Positions 48,351 through 60,757 of a DNA stretch of 64,000 nt are shown piece by piece. The stretch spans positions 248,001 to 312,000 of the forward strand of contig CM030334.1 in assembly GCA_017654855.1 (NCBI GenBank), given 5' to 3'. Made by a program: the position numbers and the translations under genes. Positions within the stretch are counted from its first letter, which is position 1. Each line of letters starts with the position of its first letter. The notes under the pieces are model-generated. The model saw only the letters and a list, made by a program, of their open reading frames with translations, ran no database searches and had not been told where the DNA came from. Origin of the DNA: Podospora anserina. Taxonomy: Eukaryota.

Positions 48351-51349
48351 GATGTTGGTATTATCTGTTAGCCGCAAGACGAAAGTTGTAAGTCGATGCT
48401 AAGCTTTCTGTGGGTTGCTGATGAGACGATGGAGATCAACTGCGGGGACTTTGATGGCAGCCAGGAGAACGTACATATAGTACAGAGATGATGGTCTTAA
48501 ACCGGCCATTTGCGAGGCGATCACCTCTGCGCCAAATGTCAGTACTTTGCATGGCTGAGACTAAGGCAGGTCCGGTACAGCCGGCGGAGGTTCCGGGCGA
48601 CACACATTGGACTGACCTACGGGAGAATGTTGTGATCTCCGTTCCCGTCTCAGATATGGGGAACGCGCCGAGACACAACTGCGGCACAGCCTTATCAACG
48701 ATTGTACTTTTGTAGCCTTTTCGTCCATCGGTCCGACTTCTTGGCTTTGGGGATTGCCAGGTAAGTGGTTGTTTTCTCAGTGAAATCATGTTGTCGGTCA
48801 AGGTATGTGTGTGAGCAGCGCGAATTCACAGCGCTAGTGCCTGACATGCACTGCAAAGATCGTTTTGGGGCTGACCCGAGACAAGCGTAACATTAGGTTC
48901 CGGGTTGCTGGATCAGGTATTTCTGGAAAGGATGGAAGGGTGACACTGCAGGAGCTGTACCGTGTTTATACTGTACGTCTCCGTCTTGCACCTGTCTGTG
49001 AAGCTGACAGGTGTGCCCCAATCACTCAAAGTCATACCTATCTTATTGAAGTTGCTCGTCGATATGAGAAATTGCTGTCGGCAACCAGCACAGACGATTA
49101 GGATCACTTCGACCAGCTCAACTTGCTAGCCTGGAGTTTATCTGTGGCGTCCATCTTACCACAATTCATTCACCACACTATTCTGTCTCAAAATTGCTCA
49201 GATACCTACCTAGAAGACGACAAGGTGGTGTGGGGAAGCAACATGTAACATCTACATACTCAGGAACCCGATGACAGCCGGTGATCCGGTTCCTGATGTC
49301 GGTTTACCAGGAGCACCAGATGTGAGACATACACATCCGGGTGGCCCGGCTCTAATGGAATGCAGTCAGACTATCACGACATACAGAGCTCCAGCCTACA
49401 CCGCAGAGGGGCCCACAGATAGCACTTTAGCCATCTTCCATCGCCAGTCATGGCTTCTCACCTAACCCAAGTCTTGGAAACGAGCCACAGAAAGGAAAAA
49501 CTGTGCAAATCTGTCAGACCCCTCATGAGGTTGGAAGAATATGGGTCGTCTTGCGCGACGGTACCCGAAGATTCCGCGACCAACGGTCCCCTGAGATTCA
49601 TCCTTAATCCTTCACACAAGATTGTGTAGGAAAACAGGTAGGATAAGGAATCACATCACCCCGAGTAAGCTCCTCGGGCTCCGACGGCTTCAGCTCCAAC
49701 CACCGTCTCCTTTTCTACCTTAGTCTACAAGCCTAGCAGGACTCGGCGCCTGCACTTGATGTAGATACTAAATTGATATGCCGAATAGTAGCTACCTATC
49801 AGGAGCAATCCGCCAAAGCCGATTTGGCCAGTCCCACTGGAACTGTGCCATCAGAGCTGCCTGCCGCGATGACTCCTTGACCAGATATTCTTGTAGCTGT
49901 AATTAGCCTACCAGTTCCCGATTAGGACCCCGGGGTACGACAACAACTGTGCCGCTGAGGGATCTTCGGTGTCAACGCGAGACAAATTCCCTATTGTACA
50001 GACTAAATCAGGCGATGCACGTGTTTCTTTCAGCCAATGCGGAAGGTAACACTGATCCATCCGGGTCTGCGGAGATCAGATAAAGCTTCCATGCCTTCCA
50101 TGGAAGACCTGGAGGTTGCGCCACAGCTGGCCGGTTGTTCTACATTGCAACCCTGTCTTCGAGGCTCCGGTTAAGGTAGGTAAGATTCTGACTGGCGTGT
50201 GGGAAACAAGGCCTCATCGCGCTCGGGGAGTGCTAAAGGCACGCAACAGGCGGCCTTTCGGAGACGGAATGCTGGGCGGGCACTTGCGCCTCCCAGGTTC
50301 TTGGCGTTGCAGCCTCTTAAAGTGAGCCAGATCCCGCTCCAGATTCTCTCGCCAAGTTCGATCACAGTCGGCCTTTCTTTCCAGATGCCTCATCGGTGCC
50401 AATGACTGGACGCCTATCTGTGGGACAAGTAGCATTGCGTGAGATTGACACATCGCTTATCTCTGATGGCTACTCACCACCCGGATATTCCGGCTTTCTG
50501 ACCATGATTTGAACAAAAGCCTGATCGGCGTTGAGTGATAAGAAACTGGAACGGGCCTACTTGCTTCTTCGCTTTCGAAATGGGACGACTTTTGACGGAT
50601 GCTGCACAGGTGTTGCCACCTCATGATGCTACAGTGACGTGAGACGTTACCTGTACTTTCCCCATGTCTTTTTTTTTTTTGGCGGGAGGGGGCCACCAAT
50701 CACCTCAAATTAAGTTCACTTCAACCCGGTTTAACTACCTATCAAACTCCTGCACTCATTCTATTCTCATGGCCTAGCAGCATAGTAAGTCACGTGGCTT
50801 GAGCCTACCTAGGTACCTAAGAATGATATGCGTAAGCCCTGTATTTTCTAGTCTCAGTATGACTCGTTGAGCCGTTGCAATGCTTGATAAGGACAGTGTA
50901 AGGAACTCAAACCGCAACAGCAAAAGATATTCGATTCAGTCTGTCCTCGAAGCCCAAGGTGTGTCGATGCAAAGAATCAGGTACAGTTTTTGCCTCTGTT
51001 CATCATTACACCCTTCTTCAAATAATATCTGGCTCACAGAGACTCGCAGTCCCTATCGCAAGCTCAATTTTCACACGATGGAAATGTGACCGATGCGATA
51101 TTATCTATGACAGATGATTGACTAGGTATTGAAACAAATATACCTACATTGATGGATGGAGCATATTGAATGCTGTGAACGCAAAACTGGCAAGGTGAGC
51201 ACAAAGCTGAATGCCCTGGTAGAGAGCTGGGTAACTACTAGTTGGAGAAGGAAAATACAACGTGGGGTTCAGGTAAGCATCTGGACCACGGCCTTGCAAT
51301 ATTATGTACTGTTTATTCACAGTGACTGGAAGTAAGGAGCAGGGGCATA

Positions 51350-53585
51350 ACGTATATTATAAGCGAGTGACCCATATAAGCGAGTGACCCACTTCCTTCG
51401 TAATATAATACCTTCGTACTTAATAACAATTTCCTTAACTATCTAAGATGCCTTCTAATTTAAATGAAGCCCACATAATTTTAGCCCTCTAAGCACTTTA
51501 AAACGACAAGAATCTAAGCGAACGAGCCGCAGCTAAGATCTATGGAGTCGATCGTAAGACTCTAGGGCGTCGGCGCGCTGGCCGGCTTGCACGACGCGAT
51601 ACTACGCCTAAATCGAAAAAACTTACTTAATCCGAAGAGGAGGCTATTGTTTAATACGTTATTAAGCTATATACGCGAGCTTTTCTACCAAGATTACGTA
51701 GTGTGGAAGATATAGTGTCACAACCCTGGTACAGGACGGTTGTGGGGCCACGGGAATAAGGGGCCAATCGGGAGAACGTATAGGGGAGCCAATCACAGTG
51801 AAGGCAGAGTGATCAGTGTGATCAGGGCACTGAGCAGACTGAGCCGAGGTGATCAGTGGCCTTGGGAGACTGATCACGGCTTGGCACAAGGACTATATAT
51901 ACGGAGGAACTGGCTGGTGTAGATAGACAGTTCCGCAGTATGCAATTCAAGCTTGTATTCACGGCATCTTGTGTTTACATCGAGACATCTTGTTGTGCAC
52001 TGTTTAGCTGCACCGAACTAATTGTCAGAAGTTACCTTTAACCCGTATCCCTTTTAAAGGTTCTGTACAGGAGTTCGTCACATATAGCTAACTAACTACT
52101 ACGCGTACGCGACGCGCCTCCTGTTAGCAAGCTCTAGGTATATAATTTTGTTAAACGCTAGCTATAATTCCGTACGCGTTTTACACGTAAATACGACTAT
52201 TAGAGAGCTAAGTACGAAGATCTAAAGGTTATTACCGAGTAATTTACGTTCGTACGGAATATTAAAGTTAAGTACGGTATTATAAATAACAATATTTATA
52301 ACTTTAACGAGATTAAGTTTATAATAAGTATTATCTTTGCGGGTATAGTAATTATAACTTTAGACGGTTTTAGTAAGGTAAAATTAGTTTAGTTTAATAA
52401 CCGCAAATAAGTAACTATAATTTAGGAAGTTAATACCCTTAGCTAGGCTATCCATTTTTTTATTATTTTAGCCGCGTAATACTACCGTATTAATTAATAT
52501 ACTAAGTATAATTTATTATTTATTTAATATATTATAATTAGCGATAATAATTAAACTATTAATACGGTAGGCCTAAATTAAATTAAATACTTTAATTACT
52601 ATATAGCGTCCCGTATAAAAGGTAAATACCGGTTATTAATCTTCGACAGTTATAAAAGTTATTACTCGACCGAATTCAAGCGTTATTATTAGTAAAATAA
52701 TATTATTACGCTTTATATACTTTTATATTCCTTTTACCTCCTTTAACTACTCGATATTAATTATTTTAGGCCATTAAAATAAACGTACGGTCGTTAAATC
52801 AAAGACTTAATACGTATATATATTAATTATATAAATAAATTCAAGTTCTTTTATACTTTCCGCGAAGCTTTTTTTACTTTTATAATAGAAAAGAATATAT
52901 AGGGTAGCTTTACGGGTACTAGCCTTATACCGTATAATCTAGAGAGGGTACTTTCTAAGCTAAATATAAAGCTTTATACGCTAATACTTTTAAATTTACG
53001 GCCCGATACTATATAACTTTAGGTCTCCTAAATACTATATAACCCTCGAGAAGTTACTTTATAATTAACGTTTATTAAAACTTATATTATTAATTATTAA
53101 AATAGCTTCCCGACTTTAATATTGGTTACGGTAGATTAATTTATTAAAGGTATAACAGCTATAATGCACTAAGTAGCTTTCCTTCGTGTAAAGGTCTTTT
53201 CGCTCCGTAAAGCTAATGAGGCACTAAGTAAGCGCCGGAGAGCTAAAAAAAAATACGTGTGAAGCTTGGAGGGTCACTTACTATACAAGAGGCACAGGAT
53301 CTACTGGATCAGAAGGCCGTGGATAAGGAGGAAGTGCAAGAAACGTAGCCGGATAGTAGTAATGCAGGGGGAGATCGTGCGAGGGTTCGGTGCTGTGGCG
53401 TGTGCGGCAAGCCTAGCTATAACGCGCGCACTTGCCAGGAGGCTGGGGAATCATCTGATTCAGCCGTTTCTAATATAATTGTAGTTGCTTCCTAGTGTTG
53501 TTGCAGTATAATTGAGGATAGTTTATTACGGTGTGGTGGGAAGTGGGTCACTCGCTTATATGGGTCACTCGCGTATAATATACGT
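51350..53585 (+). mobile_element. Full-length RIP-inactivated Fot1/pogo-type DNA transposon
   Basis: 47-bp TIRs (51350-51396 and 53539-53585, one mismatch) starting ACGT, flanked by TA, with an internal direct repeat ATAAGCGAGTGACCCA. Transposase relic is full of TAA/TAG. About 1864 bp without the nested LTR. Confidence 0.95.
51716..52082 (+). mobile_element. Solo LTR C (crapaud-like), 367 bp, nested in the Fot1-type element
   Basis: TGTCACA...GTCACA termini; 5-bp target-site duplication TATAG at 51711-51715 and 52083-52087; CCAAT boxes and TATATATA. Confidence 0.93.
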
Positions 53586-54415
53586 TAAGGACCATACACA
53601 AAAAACCGCACTTCGGTCTCTCAACAACTAAATTAAGGAGATGTGCAACCCGCTTTCGACTCAATGAATTCTTTTGCTTAGGTAAACCAAGAGATTGCCC
53701 TCAATCATGTAGGATTGGCTGTAATCCCCATGTATCGTTGTTCAACCCGGATCAATGATCATTTGGATGATTACAAATGCACCCCCATCAATGACCAACC
53801 TCTCCCTTACATAACATACATGCCATTGGTCCATCATGCAGTGTTTCATCATTTCTGCAAGCGAAAGCCTGAGGCTAGAAGAGCAAAATGCGAGCGCCCC
53901 ATCAGAAAACGTGACAAGAGCACTATAACTTAAGACGAAGGATTTGATCAACACAAATTATTATAGAGTGTGGTGTCATTGCATTGGCCTAGGCTTTTGG
54001 ATGACATATCCGATGAATAATGCTTACAAATGAACTTTGTATAATTTTGCTTACTCATGTAACTCATCTGTCTGAAGAGGATTCCATGTGTTGTTCCGGC
54101 CCGTTTTATCACTCCGATAACTGTGGGCATGGGCGAATGCCTTCCTGGACGTCTATTTTACATCCAAAAGGGGTTATAAGACACCATGGCAGGGCCATGT
54201 TTTTAGTCGTGATTGATTACAAAGACTGAACTGCCACACGGGGTTGGCAGGGGGTAGTATTTTACCGACTGCTGTGAGTCTCGCTATAAAGTCAAGAGAT
54301 CCTGCTGGTTGTCTCCTTCTGCCTCTTTATCATCTCAGTATCAAATCAGCAGTTACTAGTCCAAAGCCCTCGCAACAAAGCCCCGTCATCAGCCTTTCCT
54401 GCATTCCCTTAGAAA

Positions 54416-55120
54416 ATGGCGGCGCTTCCAGATTTCACTCTCTACTACAGCGCAGGAGCTTGCTCGAATGCAGTTCGTCTGGCCCTTCATGAGCTCTCCA
54501 TCCCCTTCCAATCTGTCAACACCCGCCGTAATGCCAATCTGAAGATCGAACCTGCCGACGGCTCGCTTACTGCGGAGGAGTACCGTGACCAGGTTCACCA
54601 CAAGAACTACGTCCCTGGTTTTGTCATCACCTTCGCCGATGGACATAGGGAGTCCATCACCGAGACGCCCGCTATCCTCTCTTACATTGCTTCTCTTCGT
54701 CCCGAAAGGGGCTTGGCGGGCAAGACAGATCTTGAGAAAGCAAGGGTTCTCTCATGGCTCGTCTACTTTGCCGGTGAGCTGCATGGGGTGGGATGGGGGG
54801 CGCTTGTGGCACCGAAGAGGTTTGTGGATGTCAGCGACAAGAAGTTGGAGGAGGGTGTGAAGGAGGGTGGAAAGAAGAACATCAAGGCTGCGTATGAGCA
54901 TCTGGAGACAGAGCTGCAGAAGGGCGGCGGGGAGTGGATTGTTGGAAGTTCGCTGACACTGGCGGATGTGTATTCGTACATCTTGTACAGGTGGGGAGTT
55001 AAGCATGAGTTTGGGATGGAGAAGTATGAGAGGTACACTGAGATTGTGAAGAAGCTCGAAGCGAGGGAGAGCACCAAGAAAACTCTGGAGGAGGAAGGGT
55101 TGCCGGCTCACTTTCAGTGA
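54416..55120 (+). CDS. Glutathione S-transferase (beta-class-like), intronless
   Basis: LYYSAGACSNAVRLALHEL, YVP, ITETPAILSYIA, GELH, SLTLADVY; 234 aa. Confidence 0.92.
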   Translation: MAALPDFTLYYSAGACSNAVRLALHELSIPFQSVNTRRNANLKIEPADGSLTAEEYRDQVHHKNYVPGFVITFADGHRESITETPAILSYIASLRPERGLAGKTDLEKARVLSWLVYFAGELHGVGWGALVAPKRFVDVSDKKLEEGVKEGGKKNIKAAYEHLETELQKGGGEWIVGSSLTLADVYSYILYRWGVKHEFGMEKYERYTEIVKKLEARESTKKTLEEEGLPAHFQ

Positions 55121-55817
55121 GGGAGCATGGAGCAAGCCTTCGCGGACAGATTTCTCATCACTTCAGTTCGGTTACAGGAACTGCCTATTTTCATGCGTCG
55201 AAATACCACTGGGATACCTGGATGGGTTCATTCAGTAGCTTTTTGGGCAAACGCTTGTTTATAAATCACCCATTTCTGTCAGCTGTCTCGTATGTGATGC
55301 TTGCCTTGAGCGCCGTCTGCAATGGATCTGCCTTCCATGTGCGTGCAGCGTATGAGCATGTAGGGGACATTGGCGCCTATTCTATAACCCACTATGAGCA
55401 GCCATCGTTTGGTTTTCAGCACACCATTTGTGCATCCGCCATCATTGCCTGTTTCCTCCGATAGTAAAGTCATGTGGGGAGTGGGAGCAATATTTATCTA
55501 CTTTCTCACCACCTGGCCATGTGCTCTGGCAGGCCCACTCAGGGCTGGTATTTGTGTGGGATTTCCTCGGTTTGTTAACTTCGGTCAGTTTCCCCCCAAT
55601 CATTTGCGACTTTGCCGTAGCTTCCTCTGCTCCTCTTGTATGACGAGAGTTCCACAGCTTTTCCGGGAAAGCCTACCTGTAGCCTGTCCGCTATTACCTT
55701 TCAAAAGAGCCAAGGTACCGACGACCGACAGCCACAAGCCGTTCGCTGAAGCCAAGTACTGATGACAACTTTTATTAGTAGCGATCTCTTCAAACCAATA
55801 TCAGCAAGACTTTAGCA

Positions 55818-56441
55818 ATGAAGGACCCATTTTGCTCTCAGAAAGATGACCAACGACCTCACCCAGCCTCGACTCCGGCACCACTGTCGGCCATCCATGA
55901 GAAAACCAAGAACTATCAATCAAGGAGAGTTTCAGAAGCGGAAGTTACGTCATGGGGCGCGGTGCCTGGCCAAAAGGTTCCTATCATTGCCCTCCAACCA
56001 CCTTCTACTCGGGAGAGCCAAACTTCAAACACACCCGCCTCTAGAGTCTACCCAAAACGAGGCTACATCATGGACGAGCTGCACCTCCAGCGCGGGATGA
56101 GCGATCAAGGCAATCATCAAAAAGTTGACGTTTCGCATCCCGACGGTGGACAACTGATCACCTACTACCGAGTGGGTGACCGCGACAATGGCAGTATTGA
56201 TCTTCTGGTTCCTTTCGACGAAGTCCTCCGGTACGTCTCGGCCAGGGAGCGTGAGGAATGGGAGGGCGGGCCGGAAAGAGCAGATACTGCCGGCCGGATC
56301 ATGAAGAAACACAACAGGCAGCGTGAGAGGGTACTGGAAGCCGCTGAGCAGCGTCCAAGAAATGTGTTCTTGGAACCGACGAAGACGTCAGATGTTATGG
56401 GGAGATCAGTAACTAGATTACTGGCCAGAACCTTGCGTTAG
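55818..56441 (+). CDS. Hypothetical protein
   Basis: 207-aa ATG-initiated ORF with protein-like composition (VPFDEVLRYVSAREREEWE); no family recognised. Confidence 0.4.
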   Translation: MKDPFCSQKDDQRPHPASTPAPLSAIHEKTKNYQSRRVSEAEVTSWGAVPGQKVPIIALQPPSTRESQTSNTPASRVYPKRGYIMDELHLQRGMSDQGNHQKVDVSHPDGGQLITYYRVGDRDNGSIDLLVPFDEVLRYVSAREREEWEGGPERADTAGRIMKKHNRQRERVLEAAEQRPRNVFLEPTKTSDVMGRSVTRLLARTLR

Positions 56442-57441
56442 TCTTCTCAAGGGTGTGAATAGAGATATTAAGAGAATCAGGCAGAGGTTCACGCAATGTC
56501 AAGATAATCGTGCACAGAGCATCACAATGCTCATCGAGTGGATCTGGAACACGCCTCAAGGGGATGAAATGACTGTAGGTGATGTGTACGATCTCTGGCA
56601 GCATTGCCTTTCTCTGAGTATTTTTTTGATCATCACCTCAGACATTCAGAGCCACTGTTTCAAACAGAAGCCTCCATCATATCTTGTCCAGTTCAATGTC
56701 CAGGCCCCTGTCCTTGTCATCCCCGTCCACGCAGGGGTAGCTAACGCCAAGTCAAGCTACGCGCCTGGCCAGAACGTTCTCCTCTTCGGACCCTCGTCGA
56801 AATCCGAGAAGCTTGTTTTTACTACCACGTGAAGAAGCTTCCGAAAGTCGCCAGGTTCCATTCCTGCATCATGAGGGTTGGAATCAAGCATCTGCCTTGG
56901 GTGCACTTTCTTTATCTCACCTATGGTATCAATCACATTTACCCCATGTTGTCAGGTGAGGCTTGTTGGTTTGGATGTAATTTGGAGGTGGCAAGCGTGG
57001 CTGCATGATCCAATTTCTCCTTCAGTAGGGATTCCCCATCAAATCTGATGCTGGCTGTTTGGGTCCAGAACAATTCGATCCCCTGCTCCACAGAAGGATT
57101 AGCACTATTGAAATGCGCTAGACACCTCAGCAGGGAACTCAGCTCTCAAAATACACACTACGCCACTCAGTCGTCTGCTCTAGTGACCGTGATGATCCAA
57201 AATGGGCGACACTATTGACATCGCGGCCCCTTCGGTTGGGACACGATCAATTTGGAGTTTGGTGTCCAGTTCCAGACCTGAGCTGAATTCACAAGACAAT
57301 GGATTCCCCGGGATCTGATGATGTGGTGGTTGTCCGTGTCTTCTGCACTCTTATTTGGTCGGTTTCCCCACCTGGGAGTTTTGCTCTCTTGTTCTGACTG
57401 TCATTCTTCCTTGTCTTTGTTGACGAGATCGTGTCTTCAAG

Positions 57442-59496
57442 ATGGATTCCTCTCGCTCAAAGATGCGGCTCTTGTCGCTGGGTGCTCTCTTTCTCTCGAC
57501 CAGTTCTGCTCTCCCGAACGGGCTCTACTCCCGACAGGTAGATGATGCCCCCGAATACACGGTGCTCGGCTGCTTCGTCGACACTGGAAGCCGAGTGCTG
57601 CCCAGCAAGGTTATCAGCACCCACGACATGACGGCAGAGAAGTGCGCAGCCAACTGCCGCGGTTACGACTATTTCGGCACACAGTGGTCTTCGGAATGCT
57701 ACTGCGGCAGCAACAAGCCCACCGATGCCGCACCGGCCTCCGAATGCAACATGCCCTGCTCCGGAAACCCAGACGAGACATGCGGTGCAGGCATGAGGCT
57801 TAACGTCTACGAATTCGACCGAGCCTGCGACTCGGATACGGAGGAGCCCCCTGTGGTCATCTCGGGCTTCGAGTACAAAGGTTGCTACACAGACAACGTT
57901 CCCCAGCGCGTGCTGGGCGGCATCACGGTCGCTCAGCACGACATGACTCTGGAGAAGTGTGCTGCCACATGCACCGCCGGCGGATACGCGTTCTTCGGTG
58001 TCGAGTACGGGACAGAGTGCTTCTGCGGGACAAGTTTGGATGCCGCCAGCACCAAGGTGTCGGAGGGCGAGTGTTCCATGACCTGCATGGGCAACCATTC
58101 CCAGCAGTGTGGAGGCCCCAACCGGCTCAACATCTACGAGAAGCCAAACCCGGTCGGAGCTGGGAGCAACCTTGAGTCCGTTGGTGACTTCCACTATGCC
58201 TCATGCTGGACCGACAAGGTGGATGACCGCTCCCTCAAGGCTGTCGACTGGCGCACCGATGACATGACGGTTGAGAAGTGTGCCGACAGATGCAGCGAGT
58301 TTTCCTACTTCGGCCTCGAGTATTCACGTGAATGCTACTGTGGAAACGAGCTGACCGGACAGGCCGCACCCGAGAAAGACTGCGCCATGCTCTGTGTGGG
58401 TGCTCCCGGCCAGTGGTGTGGTGGCCCGGACAGAATGAACTTGTACACCAAGGCAACATCGACCTCGGTGACCACCTCTGCAGAAGTCACCACTCCCGTT
58501 GAGACCGAGACGGATACGCCGACCATCACCCCGGAGCCCGAAACAACGACTGCCCCGACCGAGCCAGAGACCACGACTTCAGATATTCCTGTCAGCACCA
58601 CCGAGCTGCCTTCCTCAACCGAGTCTTCCACCACCACGACCCAGGGGCCTGAGTTGACCACCATTACCGACTGCCCCCCTACGCCCACTTATAACGGAAA
58701 CCCCGAGTACTGCTATGTGTCTGGTGGTCTGCCGGCCGCTTGCCGACAGCTAGCATCTACGACTCTCAACTCACGCAGCGTGGGACCTTCGATGAGCGCT
58801 TGCAAGAGTGCTCTTACCCGCTACGGCATGCCCACCAACCCTGCGGCTACAGCTTGCTTTCCCACTACTGCGCTCCCCGCAGTCCCATCCTCTGCGCTTG
58901 CTCGCTCCGTCGCCGACAGCGTTTACGCCTGCCTCCACGCGCCCACTGCCTCCATCATATGCCAGTCTGATTCCGCCTGCGCCACAAACACCTACACCGT
59001 CGGTCAGGTGCCTTCGCCGACTCCCTCGACCGGTGTGGATCTGCTCAAGGGCGATGGCGGTTTTGAGGATGGCACTCTCGGAGACTGGGTCCTCGGGCCA
59101 TCGACCCATCTGGTGTCCACAACCATCAGCAACGCCCGTCCCAAGTCGGGCTCGGGGGGACTCCTCATGCGGTATCTCAACGTCAACGGAGGAGGAAACA
59201 GCTTGACGTACAACCTGCCCGTCGTCCCCGGCCAGCAGTATCGATTCAGCTTGTCTTTCCAGCACACGAACCCCAGTTCTGCTACCAGTTTGTACCTTTA
59301 TGTGTACCCCGACATTCTGCAAACATCCTTTACCGAAGCGCAGTTGAACGGGGCGCCAGCGAATGCTTGGGGGACAAGGGAAATCACCTTCACTGCGAAG
59401 GCTTCATGGGTGCAGCTTGTACTCAATGTCGGTGGGAACGTAGGTGCGACGAATGACGTGTATATTGATGATATCACCTTTGTCAGGTTGACCTAA
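57442..59496 (+). CDS. Secreted protein: 3 WSC domains, T/E/P linker, Cys-rich segment and C-terminal CBM4/9-like module
   Basis: Signal peptide (probably from the second Met); three GC(F/Y)xD...MTxEKC...YFGxE(Y/W)xxECYCG...CGG/AxxRLN-type repeats; GDGGFEDG..W...YIDDITF. Confidence 0.9.
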   Translation: MDSSRSKMRLLSLGALFLSTSSALPNGLYSRQVDDAPEYTVLGCFVDTGSRVLPSKVISTHDMTAEKCAANCRGYDYFGTQWSSECYCGSNKPTDAAPASECNMPCSGNPDETCGAGMRLNVYEFDRACDSDTEEPPVVISGFEYKGCYTDNVPQRVLGGITVAQHDMTLEKCAATCTAGGYAFFGVEYGTECFCGTSLDAASTKVSEGECSMTCMGNHSQQCGGPNRLNIYEKPNPVGAGSNLESVGDFHYASCWTDKVDDRSLKAVDWRTDDMTVEKCADRCSEFSYFGLEYSRECYCGNELTGQAAPEKDCAMLCVGAPGQWCGGPDRMNLYTKATSTSVTTSAEVTTPVETETDTPTITPEPETTTAPTEPETTTSDIPVSTTELPSSTESSTTTTQGPELTTITDCPPTPTYNGNPEYCYVSGGLPAACRQLASTTLNSRSVGPSMSACKSALTRYGMPTNPAATACFPTTALPAVPSSALARSVADSVYACLHAPTASIICQSDSACATNTYTVGQVPSPTPSTGVDLLKGDGGFEDGTLGDWVLGPSTHLVSTTISNARPKSGSGGLLMRYLNVNGGGNSLTYNLPVVPGQQYRFSLSFQHTNPSSATSLYLYVYPDILQTSFTEAQLNGAPANAWGTREITFTAKASWVQLVLNVGGNVGATNDVYIDDITFVRLT

Positions 59497-60757
59497 GCTC
59501 GCCATTCTTCGTGAGCTTTGGGAAGAGCGCGTGGAGGTTTTGGGTTGGAATTCTGTAGATATTTAGATGCCCTGGCTGTAAATGTGGAAGCAGAGTTGGA
59601 GCATGGAGTATTGTTTTGTCTGGATGGAGCCTTTGTTTTCTGTAAATTAGCAACGTTTAATTGTTTACCGGGAGCAGAAAATCAGATTGAGATCCAAGCG
59701 CCTTGATATGACTAGTTTGGTTGCTGGTGCTGGTAGACAGCATGGAACATTTGGCTGATTCTGGCCAAGTTTGACGTCTGTTTTGGATTCTGATGGTTGT
59801 TGGGGGATTTTATCGGCTTGAGGCATGGAACATGAGCTGCCATAATTCGAATGTTTTGTACCACCAGCATGATCTTCACGGAACGAGTTTTGGAATGGAC
59901 AGTCCCATTTTTCTGTACAGAAGGTAATGCCACAATGATGAAAGCTAGCACTAAGAAGTACACCTAACTCTCAGTCAGCTGAACCACCCTCTCAAGTTTT
60001 AAAGGCAACCATAGTATGGCTGCCATACCACTAAAGATAGTCATGCTCATACCTTCTACACTTACATGCAGTCAAGGGGCCATCAAAGATGCCAACACGT
60101 CTTCCGACCTTTAAGAATAACAACCAGGCCTTTTTCCTCCGTATCTTTGCACCCCTGCTAAACAGTTCTTCCTTCCCTGTGTGACTGATGCAGTCGACAA
60201 TCAGAGACAACCCAATCGCAACCCTTGTCTGCCCTCAGTCCAAGCTATGCTCAAAATGGATATTGCTCAACACCAATTGAAACACTCGATTCTCAAGCAC
60301 TCAAGCTTGGCTTCCCTTGGCATTAATCTTGGTATTTTCAGCTCCACGATCGTCTTGCCCAGTCTCCCCACTTCCAATGCAACGGAACGCGGCTTCTACC
60401 CGCAATGCTGGGTGCGGTATGCACCTTTCGAACCGTGTTGAGGTGCCCGACGACCACGATCCTCAGTTATCGGCCGAGAGAAATGGATCCTGAAGTAGAA
60501 TATTGAGCAGTCATAGACTCCTTTAGACCTGCTCCGCCACCTCCGCTTAGCACCCCGCTCTCGAGGGACCACGGGGGTACAGGAACCTCTTGCGCTAATG
60601 CCAGCAACAGTGTTCTTCGATCCCATATATTCCTGACTAAGGTCCCTCTCGGCCTCTCCTTTAACCTTCCTCGCTATAAGTTCTTCTTTCCTGTTTGTGT
60701 GATCCAGCCGACGAGTATTGTCGACCATCGATTCCTCACTCCGAATCAAACGTCATC

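Noticed and set aside
48400-51340. Gene-free 3 kb stretch as a possible ncRNA or element, including a small hairpin near 49660-49678
   Set aside because: No tRNA, 5S or snRNA signature, terminal repeats or credible ORF was seen by eye; a covariance-model search would be needed.
204-55120. A secondary-metabolite cluster from the OMT, MFS, P450, FAD oxidase and GST
   Set aside because: No backbone synthase is present, and the genes are scattered over 55 kb among unrelated genes.
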